The notes under the pieces are model-generated. The model saw nothing but the letters and a program-made list of their open reading frames with translations. It had not been told where the DNA came from and did no database searches. Shown one piece after another: positions 9,755-18,689 of a stretch of DNA of 64,000 nt (position 1 is its first letter; each line of letters starts with the position of its first letter). The translations under genes and the position numbers were made by a program. Source of the stretch: an uncultured Cytophagales bacterium. GTDB lineage: Bacteria; Bacteroidota; Bacteroidia; Cytophagales; Bernardetiaceae. Where the stretch lies: positions 43,567 through 107,566 of the forward strand of contig CAZIAQ010000002.1 in assembly GCA_964537755.1 (NCBI GenBank), given 5' to 3'.

Positions 9755-11881
9755 ATGCCGCTAAAAACGCTCAAATTTGGAATCATCGGACTGATTATCG
9801 TCCTTTTTAGTACACAAGCCGCCCACCTCAACACCAACGAACCAGAAGACCTCAAAAACAGCATTCTCTTTCGTTCCATTTATCAACTCGTTCAGGGTTA
9901 TCACTACGAGCCCAAAGCCATCGACGACGAGCTTTCGGCGGCCGCCTACCAAACCTACCTCAACAACCTGGACTACAACAAGCGGTTTTTCCTCCAATCC
10001 GACATCGCCGCGCTTTCCACGTACACGTACCTGATCGACGATCAGTTTGCCGAAGGCCGGGATGAGTTCTTGCAGCAATCGCTCCAACGCTTCCAGGCAA
10101 GCCTAACAGCCGTCGCCGAGCTTTCCGAAAAACTTCTCAACAAACCTTTCGATTTTGATAAAAAAGAGTTTTTCGCCTTCGATCCCGACCAACTCGACTA
10201 TCCCGCCAACGAAAAAGAACGCCAGGAACGCTGGCGCAAATACTTCAAATACCAAACCCTAACCCGCCTCTCGGCCAAACTCGACCGCCAGGAAGATGGC
10301 ACCGCCGACGACAAAAAATCATTCAAAGCCCTCGAAGCAGAAGCCCGACAAGAAGTCAAAAAATCCCACGAGGAGTTCTTGCAACGGATGCAAAAACTCA
10401 AAGAAACCGATTGGCTCTCCATGTACGTCAATGCCTTCACGACCCAGTACGACCCACACACCAACTACATGCCCCCGCGCACCAAAGAAAATTTTGACAT
10501 CGGTATGTCCGGACGCCTCGAAGGCATCGGAGCAACCCTCTACGAAAAAGAAGGCTACATCACCGTAGCCAGCATCGTGGCCGGCAGCCCTTGCTGGAAA
10601 CAAGGCGACCTTGAAGTAGGCGACCGCATCACGAAAGTAGCCCAGGGAGACGGCAAGCCTGTCAGCATCCTGGAGGCACGTGTCGATGATGCCGTCAAGC
10701 TCATCCGAGGCAAGAAAGGCACCGAAGTACGCCTGACCGTCTTGAAAGCCGACAACACCGAAAAAATCATCCCCATCATTCGTGATGTCGTTATCATTGA
10801 AGCTACCTATGCCAAATCCGCCCTGTTGGGCCCCCAAAAGAACATCGGCTACATCAAACTACCTAAGTTTTACGCAGACTTCACCCAAAGCGGCGGACGT
10901 AACTCCTCGAGCGATATGCGCCAGGAAACCGAAAAACTCAAAGCAGCCGGCATCGAAGGACTTATCATCGACTTACGCGACAACAGCGGCGGATCGCTCA
11001 ACGATGTAGTCGATATTGTGGGCTTGTACATCGACAAAGGGCCCGTCGTGCAGGTCAAATCAAGAAATGCACAGCCCGAAGCCGTCCACGACAAAACGTC
11101 AGGGGTCGTTTATGATGGCCCTCTCGTCGTGCTGGTCAATGCTTACAGTGCCTCGGCTTCGGAGATCCTGGCCGCTGCCCTCCAGGACTACGGCCGCGCC
11201 GTCATCGTCGGGACAGATTCGGCAACTTTTGGTAAAGGAACCGTACAACGTTTCTACGACTTAGATCAAATGGTGCATCCCAGCTACGATGCCGTCAAGC
11301 CTCTGGGTGCCGTCAAGATGACCTTCCAAAAGTTTTATCGCGTCAATGGCGGAACCACCCAACGCCAGGGCGTACAACCCGACATCGTCCTGCCCAATGC
11401 CCTCTCCCTGGTGCGCAGCAGCGAGCGCGACGAAGCCACAGCCCTAAGCTGGGACGAGATCAAGCCCGCCAAGTACACCCCCATTAAGCCTGCCCTGCCC
11501 ATCGCGCAACTGCGCAGGGAGAGCCTTAGCCGGCTAGCCCAGCAGCCCGAGATGGACAAAATCAAAGCCCACGCCCAGTGGCTCAAAACACGACGTGAGC
11601 AAACCCAATATGCCCTCCATCTCGACACCTACCAAGCAGAGAAAAAAGCCGCCGAGCAGACCTCCAAGACCTTTGCCGTCTTTGAGGAACCCATCCCAGA
11701 GATGCAAATTCATGCCCTCCCCGTCGATGCAAGCGATATGGCCACCGACTCCACCAAGAGCAGCCTCTGGGAGCAGTGGCAAAAGACCGTCGCCAAAGAT
11801 TTTTACTTGTACGAGACCACCCGCATCCTCTCCGACCTCCAGGCGCAAAGACCGTCCATCGTAGATCGAAAAAAACCTTAA
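9755..11881 (+). CDS. Carboxy-terminal processing protease (S41 family, tail-specific protease)
   Basis: Signal peptide. PDZ region. S41 catalytic region NSGGSLNDVV and SASASEILAAALQDYGRAVIVG. Confidence 0.8.
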   Translation: MPLKTLKFGIIGLIIVLFSTQAAHLNTNEPEDLKNSILFRSIYQLVQGYHYEPKAIDDELSAAAYQTYLNNLDYNKRFFLQSDIAALSTYTYLIDDQFAEGRDEFLQQSLQRFQASLTAVAELSEKLLNKPFDFDKKEFFAFDPDQLDYPANEKERQERWRKYFKYQTLTRLSAKLDRQEDGTADDKKSFKALEAEARQEVKKSHEEFLQRMQKLKETDWLSMYVNAFTTQYDPHTNYMPPRTKENFDIGMSGRLEGIGATLYEKEGYITVASIVAGSPCWKQGDLEVGDRITKVAQGDGKPVSILEARVDDAVKLIRGKKGTEVRLTVLKADNTEKIIPIIRDVVIIEATYAKSALLGPQKNIGYIKLPKFYADFTQSGGRNSSSDMRQETEKLKAAGIEGLIIDLRDNSGGSLNDVVDIVGLYIDKGPVVQVKSRNAQPEAVHDKTSGVVYDGPLVVLVNAYSASASEILAAALQDYGRAVIVGTDSATFGKGTVQRFYDLDQMVHPSYDAVKPLGAVKMTFQKFYRVNGGTTQRQGVQPDIVLPNALSLVRSSERDEATALSWDEIKPAKYTPIKPALPIAQLRRESLSRLAQQPEMDKIKAHAQWLKTRREQTQYALHLDTYQAEKKAAEQTSKTFAVFEEPIPEMQIHALPVDASDMATDSTKSSLWEQWQKTVAKDFYLYETTRILSDLQAQRPSIVDRKKP

Positions 11882-11925
11882 ACCAGTACCGACATTTTTC
11901 GGTAGATTTTTGCTAACTTTCCCGC

Positions 11926-14900
11926 ATGGGCGAATTAAGAAACGTGTTTATTTCTTACGGACGTCGGGAAAGCAAAGCCTTTGCCAAGCGGTTGTACGAG
12001 CGATTGTGTCCGGGAGGGTATCAGGTTTGGTTCGATCAAAATGACATTCCCTTAGCTGTTGATTTTCAGGATGAGATAGATCAAGGTATCGCTCAAGCCG
12101 ATAACTTCATCTATATCATCGCCCCGCATTCGGTCAATTCTCCCTACTGCGCCAAGGAGATAGAACTAGCCCTACGCCTCCAAAAGCGGATCATCCCGAT
12201 TTTGCACATCGAAGGTTTTGGACAGGAGGTCTGGCAGGAACGCTATCCCGAAGGCAGCCAAGACGACTGGATCGCCTTTCAGGCAACGGGACGGCATAGT
12301 AGCTTTCAGGAGATGCACCCCGAAATTGGCAAGCGCAACTGGGTCTATATGCGAGAGCAGTGCTTGCCCGGAACCGATACTTACCCGCCCATCGACGATT
12401 TCGATCAAGCCTTTGAGGGATTGGTAGCCGTCCTGGACAAACACAAAGACTACGTCCGGCAACATACCCAACTCTTGCAGCAGACCCTTGATTGGGAACG
12501 CCAACAAAAACAAAGTGCGCTCCTCCTGGTAGGGCAAGAACGCCAGGCGGCAGAAGCCTGGATCCTCCGCGACTTTAGCCCCGAGCAACCTCCTGTTTTG
12601 CCCACCGACCTGCACGCGCTCTACATCAGCGAAGCCCGAAAGAACGCCGAAAACCGAATGACCGATGTCTTCCTGACTTGCTCCATGGAAGACCGACGCA
12701 TCCGAGATCGACTCATCCTGGCCCTGGCCCGGCATTGCATCACCACCTGGACACCCGACCGAGACATCGCCCCAGGGCAAACGATGCAGGAAGCCATCCG
12801 AGAGGGCATCGAAAAGGCCGACAACCTCCTCTTTTTCATCGACCCCCACACCCTACAAAATCCCCAGTGCATCGACGAACTCAACTACGCCCGCAGCCTC
12901 AATAAGCGCATCATTCCCATCAAGATTGCCCAACCCAACCAGGAAATCCCCCAAAGCATCCGATACCTCAACTGCATCGACTTCACCGATAACACCGAAG
13001 AGATACACTTTGACGATGACTTCTACCAACTCCTCCAACAACTCCAACACGAGAAAAGCTACCACGAGCGACACAAAATGCTCCTCGTTCAGGCCATCAA
13101 ATGGCAAAACCAAAGCCAAAACCCCAGCATCCTCCTCCGAGGGCATAACCTCCAACGCGCCCAAGCCTGGCTCAAACTCGGCATCCAGCGCAAAACTTAC
13201 CCACCCAACCCACTCCACCAGCAGTTCATTGAGGAAAGTGCCGCCCAAACGGGCAACCTACAAAACATAGACATCTTCATTTCCTACTCCCGCACCGATA
13301 GCGACTTTGCCCGACAGCTCAACGAACGCCTACAAGCCAGCGGAAAAACCACCTGGTTCGATCAAGAAAACATCGAAGAGGGGGTAGCCGACTTCGGCCA
13401 AGAAATCCGAAAAGGTATTGAGCAGTCCGATAACTTCCTCTTTATCATCTCCCCAGATGCCATCGCCTCACCTTATTGCCAGGACGAAACCGAATACGCC
13501 CGCAGTCTCGGCAAACGCATCCTGACCATCCGTTGGCGGCCCCTACATGAGCAGCAACAACTCCCTCCCGCCCTGGCAACCATCCAATGGATCACGCTCC
13601 AGAATGGCTTCGATGCCATGTTCAATCTCCTGATCCGTGCCTTAGAAGTCGATCGTGCCTACGTCATGGCACACAACCGATGGCAGCGCAAAGCCCTCGA
13701 GTGGAGCGGAGGCAACATCACGCTCACCCCCGAGACACCCACCAACGACAGCCTACTCTTGCGCGGCGAAGAACTCAACAACGCCGAAGCCTGGCTCAAG
13801 GAAAGCACCCAAAAGCAGCCCCCCCCTACGACGCTCCAGCAGCAACTCATCCAGGAAAGCCTCCAGGAGAGCCAACGCGACCACAAACGGAGGCAACGCC
13901 TACTCGATCTTAGTATCTTTACCTTTGCTGTTATCATCGCGGGAGGTGTCCTGGCGGTTGTCCAATGGGTAACGGCACTACAAAGCGGCAGCCGGCTAGC
14001 AGCTTATGACCTGATATTCAAGGCAGAGACCATCCTATCCGATGATCCCGAACACGCCCTTCAGCTCGCCAAGACGGCTTATGAAGTCGAAGAAAAAAAA
14101 CATCCCCGCATCTTGAAAGCCTTTTTTGAGATGAGCCAGACGTACCTACAAATCACCCAGGAGGTCAATCAAACCCTGGTTAATCACTTGCCCCACCAGC
14201 ATCCCGTCCTCAACGTGTATCTCGATAACAGCTACGAGCAAAGCCGCTTGCTCACCCGAGATGCCAGCGGTGGTTTGCACCTCTGGAGCCACACCGGAAA
14301 CTATATCCGCACCCTTGTTACACCGCGTCCGCGTCCTTTTTTTAGCCTTGCTGGCAAGAGTACCATTGAGCAGCTTAACATCTTGTATAGCCACCACGTC
14401 AAGGGAGAAGTGCTAGCTGCCGTCTATGAAGACCAGTACGTAATCGCGTACCAGCCCGGCAAGCAACAAATTACCCTTTGGGATGGCAATGGATTACTGA
14501 TTTTTGAAAAGAAAGTAGCGCAAGGTGTCCTACGGGTCGGCTTTGCTTCATCCCTCGATCAAGAATTACAAGTTTTTTGGATAGTCTCCAATTCTCAAGA
14601 CCCCGATGCCGACACCCAAATCTTCTTCGCTGACCGCTCGGGGCAAGTGATCTATGAAGAAAAAGCCTATGAGTCCGTACAGACCGATACGCTCTTCTCA
14701 ACGGCTAGTTATGAACGCAACTCCACGGAAGGTTTGAAAGCCAGTTTTCGTGCCGATGGAAAAAGTATCGACTTGACTTACCCCTGGGAAGATAAAGAGG
14801 AAGTACCAGAAGAGCGGTTTGAGATGTTGGGGCTGCCCGATTTTTGGGGCAATCGTATGCTGCTCCTGGGGCAGGATGGTCTTTTGATCTGGACACCCTA

Positions 14901-16056
14901 CTATTACTTCGCCGATCGCCTAAAAGACATCGCGCCTTTGGATGCCTCCGAAAAAGTGGCTTATGATATTGCCAGCTTAGAGGAATCCTTTCAGGTACCA
15001 GCCGAAGCCGCGTATCAGTTGGCGAAATTGAGTTTGTTTTTGTTGTTTTTTTACTTGTCGGTCATTGCCCTGACGCTACTATACCGGTTGTTTTTGGGGC
15101 GTGAGTATTTGCGTATTGTCGTGTATGCGATCTCGGCTTTGGTGATTGTGGTGTGCTGGAGCCAGTTTTTGGTGTACCGAGACTTCTTTGCGTCTTTGCC
15201 CTTTGCCTACGGTTTATTTTTGTCGGGGGGGATGGGCTATTACTTGTATAGGTCTGCTGATATAGATGCGTTCAAGCGGCTTTTTGGCTGGATAGCGATG
15301 GTGATGCTGGTAGCGGTATCCCTGCTGGGGTTGTACTTTACCTATCCCGAATATAGCTCTCCCTCCGCCCAGACGGTACGTAGGCAGGTGCTTTCGTTGA
15401 TTCTTTTTTTGGGTTTGGCGAAGGTGAGTATTTTTGCGGTGGCATTTTATGGACTTCAACGATTTTACAACAAAAAATACAATCACCTAGCCGATTGGTG
15501 TACGAGCTGGCTGTTTGTGTTGAGTGTTTTTCTGACGGCGGCTTACTTTTATGGCCCAAGTAATGTCCAGGAAAAAGACACCATTCTGGCTGTTTTCTTC
15601 CTGGCCTGGATGCCGCTCTTGTACGTCTTTCGGCTCAATGCGCATCAGTTTGTGCTGGCTCGCCTGGATGGTCGCCGCTCGAGTCGTCGGCTGCTGCGGT
15701 TTTCTACCTGGGGTTTTGTGGGGGTGTTGGTGCTATTGACGGGTGGGTTATTTGTGGATGGGCTAGTTTTTCTTTCACTCTTTTGGTTTGGCTTGTATCT
15801 CTTGATCCTCTACGTGGCTAGTTTTGTGATCGCGATTGTCCAAAAAGACAGGTTTAGTTTGTGGGGCAATATTGGCTCCTCTATTGGCATCTTTGTCCTG
15901 GTTATGCTTTGGGGAACGGAGGCATTGGATCGAAACCAGTTAATTAGGGTGTTTCCGTGGTTGCTCTTGGGGGTGGCAGGGCTTGGTTTGGGTATTTGGC
16001 AGTACAACAAATATCGCCGCAACATCTTGGCCCAACGCGCTGTTGTGGAGGCATGA
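11926..16056 (+). CDS. Membrane protein with three tandem N-terminal TIR domains, a single TM anchor, a 340-aa middle domain and a C-terminal region of about 10 TM helices
   Basis: Three copies of the TIR hallmark: (V/I)F(I/L)SY.R.D...FA..L start, then YCAKEIEL / QCIDELNY / YCQDETEY. Each TIR is followed by an LLRG..L..A..WL helical module. TM segment LSIFTFAVIIAGGVLAVV, then a polytopic C-terminus. Confidence 0.8.
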   Translation: MGELRNVFISYGRRESKAFAKRLYERLCPGGYQVWFDQNDIPLAVDFQDEIDQGIAQADNFIYIIAPHSVNSPYCAKEIELALRLQKRIIPILHIEGFGQEVWQERYPEGSQDDWIAFQATGRHSSFQEMHPEIGKRNWVYMREQCLPGTDTYPPIDDFDQAFEGLVAVLDKHKDYVRQHTQLLQQTLDWERQQKQSALLLVGQERQAAEAWILRDFSPEQPPVLPTDLHALYISEARKNAENRMTDVFLTCSMEDRRIRDRLILALARHCITTWTPDRDIAPGQTMQEAIREGIEKADNLLFFIDPHTLQNPQCIDELNYARSLNKRIIPIKIAQPNQEIPQSIRYLNCIDFTDNTEEIHFDDDFYQLLQQLQHEKSYHERHKMLLVQAIKWQNQSQNPSILLRGHNLQRAQAWLKLGIQRKTYPPNPLHQQFIEESAAQTGNLQNIDIFISYSRTDSDFARQLNERLQASGKTTWFDQENIEEGVADFGQEIRKGIEQSDNFLFIISPDAIASPYCQDETEYARSLGKRILTIRWRPLHEQQQLPPALATIQWITLQNGFDAMFNLLIRALEVDRAYVMAHNRWQRKALEWSGGNITLTPETPTNDSLLLRGEELNNAEAWLKESTQKQPPPTTLQQQLIQESLQESQRDHKRRQRLLDLSIFTFAVIIAGGVLAVVQWVTALQSGSRLAAYDLIFKAETILSDDPEHALQLAKTAYEVEEKKHPRILKAFFEMSQTYLQITQEVNQTLVNHLPHQHPVLNVYLDNSYEQSRLLTRDASGGLHLWSHTGNYIRTLVTPRPRPFFSLAGKSTIEQLNILYSHHVKGEVLAAVYEDQYVIAYQPGKQQITLWDGNGLLIFEKKVAQGVLRVGFASSLDQELQVFWIVSNSQDPDADTQIFFADRSGQVIYEEKAYESVQTDTLFSTASYERNSTEGLKASFRADGKSIDLTYPWEDKEEVPEERFEMLGLPDFWGNRMLLLGQDGLLIWTPYYYFADRLKDIAPLDASEKVAYDIASLEESFQVPAEAAYQLAKLSLFLLFFYLSVIALTLLYRLFLGREYLRIVVYAISALVIVVCWSQFLVYRDFFASLPFAYGLFLSGGMGYYLYRSADIDAFKRLFGWIAMVMLVAVSLLGLYFTYPEYSSPSAQTVRRQVLSLILFLGLAKVSIFAVAFYGLQRFYNKKYNHLADWCTSWLFVLSVFLTAAYFYGPSNVQEKDTILAVFFLAWMPLLYVFRLNAHQFVLARLDGRRSSRRLLRFSTWGFVGVLVLLTGGLFVDGLVFLSLFWFGLYLLILYVASFVIAIVQKDRFSLWGNIGSSIGIFVLVMLWGTEALDRNQLIRVFPWLLLGVAGLGLGIWQYNKYRRNILAQRAVVEA

Positions 16057-17087
16057 TGCGTTATACGAACGAGTTTTTGGATACCCAACGCCAGGCAACC
16101 GACCCCCAGGCGGAGGCACTGGTACGCGCTGCTCTGGCACAAGACCCCAAGGGGTTTTGGCGGTTTCTCACGGATTGGGAAAGCGAAAGCATCCCGGAGG
16201 CTTTTACCGATCTGGTAACCGAACACTGCCCTGGTTATGCTGCCCCCCCTGCGGGGATGAGTGCGGAGGAGATCGCCCAAAGTGAGCTTTTTTTTGAGCA
16301 ATATTCGGAGGCGATTTTTTTGCTGCTCGGGGCATATTCCTTGCCTTACTGCTATGCCGCCGAAGCGGGTGTGCAGGTCTTGTACCAAACCCAACGCCTG
16401 AGCAAAGAACCCCTCAAACGCCTACAAGAGACTGGACTTTTTGTCTTCAATATCCTGGAAACCAATAGCTTATCCAACGGCAAAGCCTGGCTCTCCATCC
16501 TACGGGTGCGCCTCATGCACGCTGCCGTGCGCGTGAAGGTTTGGGAAAGCGGCCGCTGGGATACCGCCCGTTGGGGACAGCCCATCAACCAGGAAGACTT
16601 AGCCGGAACGCTCTTTGCCTTTTCGCTGATCGTAATTTTGGGGCTACGCAAGCTAGGCTACCGCATTTCAGCACAAGAGGCCATGGTGTATTTCAGGCGT
16701 TGGCACCTGATCGGAGAACGCCTCGGCGTAGCCCCCGAGATGCGCCCCGATGCACCTACGGCGGCCTTTGCCCTGGCCAAACGCATCGAAAAGCGCCACC
16801 TGCGTCCCTCACAGGCGGGCAAATCGCTCAACGATGCCCTGATTCACGAAACGGAGAAATCCACCGAGGGACAGCTCCCCCGAGGCTTTGTCCCGGCCCT
16901 GATGCGCTATCTACTCGGGCAGCCTATCGCCCGCTGCCTGGGCTTACCCGAAAGCGGTTGGGCTGACCCCCTGATCCAACTCAACCTACTGCGGCAGCGG
17001 CATTTGGTCTTGCCTACGCGCCCTACGCCTACGGAGGTGCATACCACCTACCGCGCCACCAAAGCACGGCTTTTGGCGATTGCTTAG
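16053..17087 (+). CDS. MpaB/DUF2236-family putative oxygenase
   Basis: ATGA overlap with the stop of the TIR gene. Start MMRYTNEF. RVRLMHAAVR motif typical of the DUF2236/MpaB/Lcp family. Confidence 0.5.
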   Translation: MMRYTNEFLDTQRQATDPQAEALVRAALAQDPKGFWRFLTDWESESIPEAFTDLVTEHCPGYAAPPAGMSAEEIAQSELFFEQYSEAIFLLLGAYSLPYCYAAEAGVQVLYQTQRLSKEPLKRLQETGLFVFNILETNSLSNGKAWLSILRVRLMHAAVRVKVWESGRWDTARWGQPINQEDLAGTLFAFSLIVILGLRKLGYRISAQEAMVYFRRWHLIGERLGVAPEMRPDAPTAAFALAKRIEKRHLRPSQAGKSLNDALIHETEKSTEGQLPRGFVPALMRYLLGQPIARCLGLPESGWADPLIQLNLLRQRHLVLPTRPTPTEVHTTYRATKARLLAIA

Positions 17088-17106
17088 CAGAATGCGATCT
17101 TTGCGT

Positions 17107-17421
17107 ATGTTTATCTTTGTCTATATCACCAACCCTTCGGAGGAAGTAGCCGAGCAGATCGCCCGTAGCCTCCTCCAACAACGCCTCATCGCTTGTGCCA
17201 ACCTCCTGCCCATCAAGAGCATGTACCACTGGGAGGGAAACATCGAAAATAGCCAGGAGGTCGTCCTGATCGCCAAGACTACCGAAGATCACTATCCGAG
17301 CATCTGCCGTTGGATAGCCGAACAGCATCCCTATCAAGTGCCTTGCGTGGCTCGCTTGCCCGTCGAACTCAACACACCCTTTGGACAATGGATACAAGCC
17401 CAGACCCACCAAACCACGTAG
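17107..17421 (+). CDS. cutA: Divalent-cation tolerance protein CutA
   Basis: About 104 aa, MFIFVYITNPSEEVAEQIARSLLQQRLIACANLLP. CutA1 family fold signature. Confidence 0.75.
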   Translation: MFIFVYITNPSEEVAEQIARSLLQQRLIACANLLPIKSMYHWEGNIENSQEVVLIAKTTEDHYPSICRWIAEQHPYQVPCVARLPVELNTPFGQWIQAQTHQTT

Positions 17422-18107
17422 CCTCCGGTGCGTTGTCTCCCCTGGAGGTCGCCTTATCGCACTTCCTGGAGGACTACCTGACGGATCATAAGCGGGAACT
17501 GTTTGCGGAGAAAATCGCCTGGCGAACCGGCTACGTGCGCGTCGTTTTGGAGGACTTGTACCACTCCCACAACGTAAGTGCCATCCTGCGCTCCTGCGAG
17601 TGCTTCGGGGTGCAGTACATCCACGCGCTCACCGACGGAGACCACAACGCCCAGCATTTTCATCCGAAGGTCATGCGCGGGGCTGCTAAGTGGCTCTCCG
17701 TTCAGACCCACACGAGCTACACCGACTGCCGCCAGGCATTGCGCCAGAGCGGCATCCGTACCGTGGCACTCTCGCCGCACGCCACCCAGACCCTGGATGC
17801 GATTGATCTTAGCCAGCCGGTAGCTCTCGTCTTTGGCCGCGAGTGGGAAGGGCTTTCCGATCACATCACCACCGACGAGACGGTTAAGATTCCGATGTAC
17901 GGCTTCACAGAAAGTTTTAATATCTCCGTTGCTGTGGCCCTATGCCTCCATGCCCTGGTGCCGCGCCTGCACCAACAGCCACCCCAGACATGGCAACTCT
18001 CCACGGACGAACAAGCACGGGTACACCTCCAATGGCTCCGCCAGGCGATTCAGCATAGCGGCCCGCTGGAGGCGCACTTTCGTAGCCGGTGGGCTATACG
18101 GTCATGA
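17388..18107 (+). CDS. SpoU/TrmH-family RNA 2'-O-methyltransferase
   Basis: SPOUT motifs (ALVFGREWEGLS, ESFNISVAVALCL). Start is approximate; it overlaps the cutA 3' end. Confidence 0.7.
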   Translation: MDTSPDPPNHVASGALSPLEVALSHFLEDYLTDHKRELFAEKIAWRTGYVRVVLEDLYHSHNVSAILRSCECFGVQYIHALTDGDHNAQHFHPKVMRGAAKWLSVQTHTSYTDCRQALRQSGIRTVALSPHATQTLDAIDLSQPVALVFGREWEGLSDHITTDETVKIPMYGFTESFNISVAVALCLHALVPRLHQQPPQTWQLSTDEQARVHLQWLRQAIQHSGPLEAHFRSRWAIRS

Positions 18108-18657
18108 TTTCTTTTTCTTTGGCCGCAAAAAGCTCGTCGATTTTTTTGGTGTAGTCGTTGGTCAGTTGTTGTACCTGCTCCTCGGCCCGCTTGATGGCAT
18201 CCTCGGCTACGCCGTCTTTTTGGAGGTCGCGGAGGCCTTCGTTGGCTTCTTTGCGGGCGTTTCGGACACCGATCTTGCCGTTTTCGGCTTCCTCGCGGGC
18301 TTTCTTGACAAACTCCCTGCGGCGTTCTTCGGAGAGTGGCGGGACACTAATCCGGATCACATTACCGTCGTTCTGGGGGTTGAAGCCCAGGTTGGCGTTC
18401 GTGATGGCTTTTTCGATCTCCGTGAGCATGGCTTTTTCCCAGGGCTTGACCATGAGCGTCCGGGCATCGGGTGTGGTGATGCCGGCGGTTTGTTGGAGGG
18501 GCGTAAAAGTACCGTAGTAGTTTACGCTGACGCTCTCGAGCATGATGGGGTTGGCTCGTCCGGCTCGGATTTTGGCAAAGACTTTTTGGGTGTACTCGAT
18601 GGCACTTTCCATGCCCTCTCGGGCGGCATCTAAGTAAATTTGGATGTCTTCTTCCAT
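18094..18657 (-). CDS. frr: Ribosome recycling factor
   Basis: 187 aa. Full-length RRF conservation. Convergent 14-nt overlap with trmH. Confidence 0.9.
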   Translation of the reverse strand: MEEDIQIYLDAAREGMESAIEYTQKVFAKIRAGRANPIMLESVSVNYYGTFTPLQQTAGITTPDARTLMVKPWEKAMLTEIEKAITNANLGFNPQNDGNVIRISVPPLSEERRREFVKKAREEAENGKIGVRNARKEANEGLRDLQKDGVAEDAIKRAEEQVQQLTNDYTKKIDELFAAKEKEIMTV

Positions 18658-18689
18658 GACTGCTTACACAAAGTTAGATGGAAACAAAA

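Noticed and set aside
10319-10837. 172-aa minus-strand ORF inside the S41 protease gene
   Set aside because: Antisense to a confidently called gene. Gly/Asp/Phe-rich shadow frame.
12172-12849. 225-aa minus-strand ORF within the TIR gene
   Set aside because: Antisense shadow ORF. The sense strand carries clear TIR motifs.
15957-16052. N-terminal extension of the MpaB-like ORF (MVALGGGRAWFGYL...) overlapping the TIR gene by about 100 nt
   Set aside because: The in-frame ATG at 16053 gives a classic ATGA stop/start overlap with the TIR gene. The extension would be translated from within the upstream gene and shows no conservation features.
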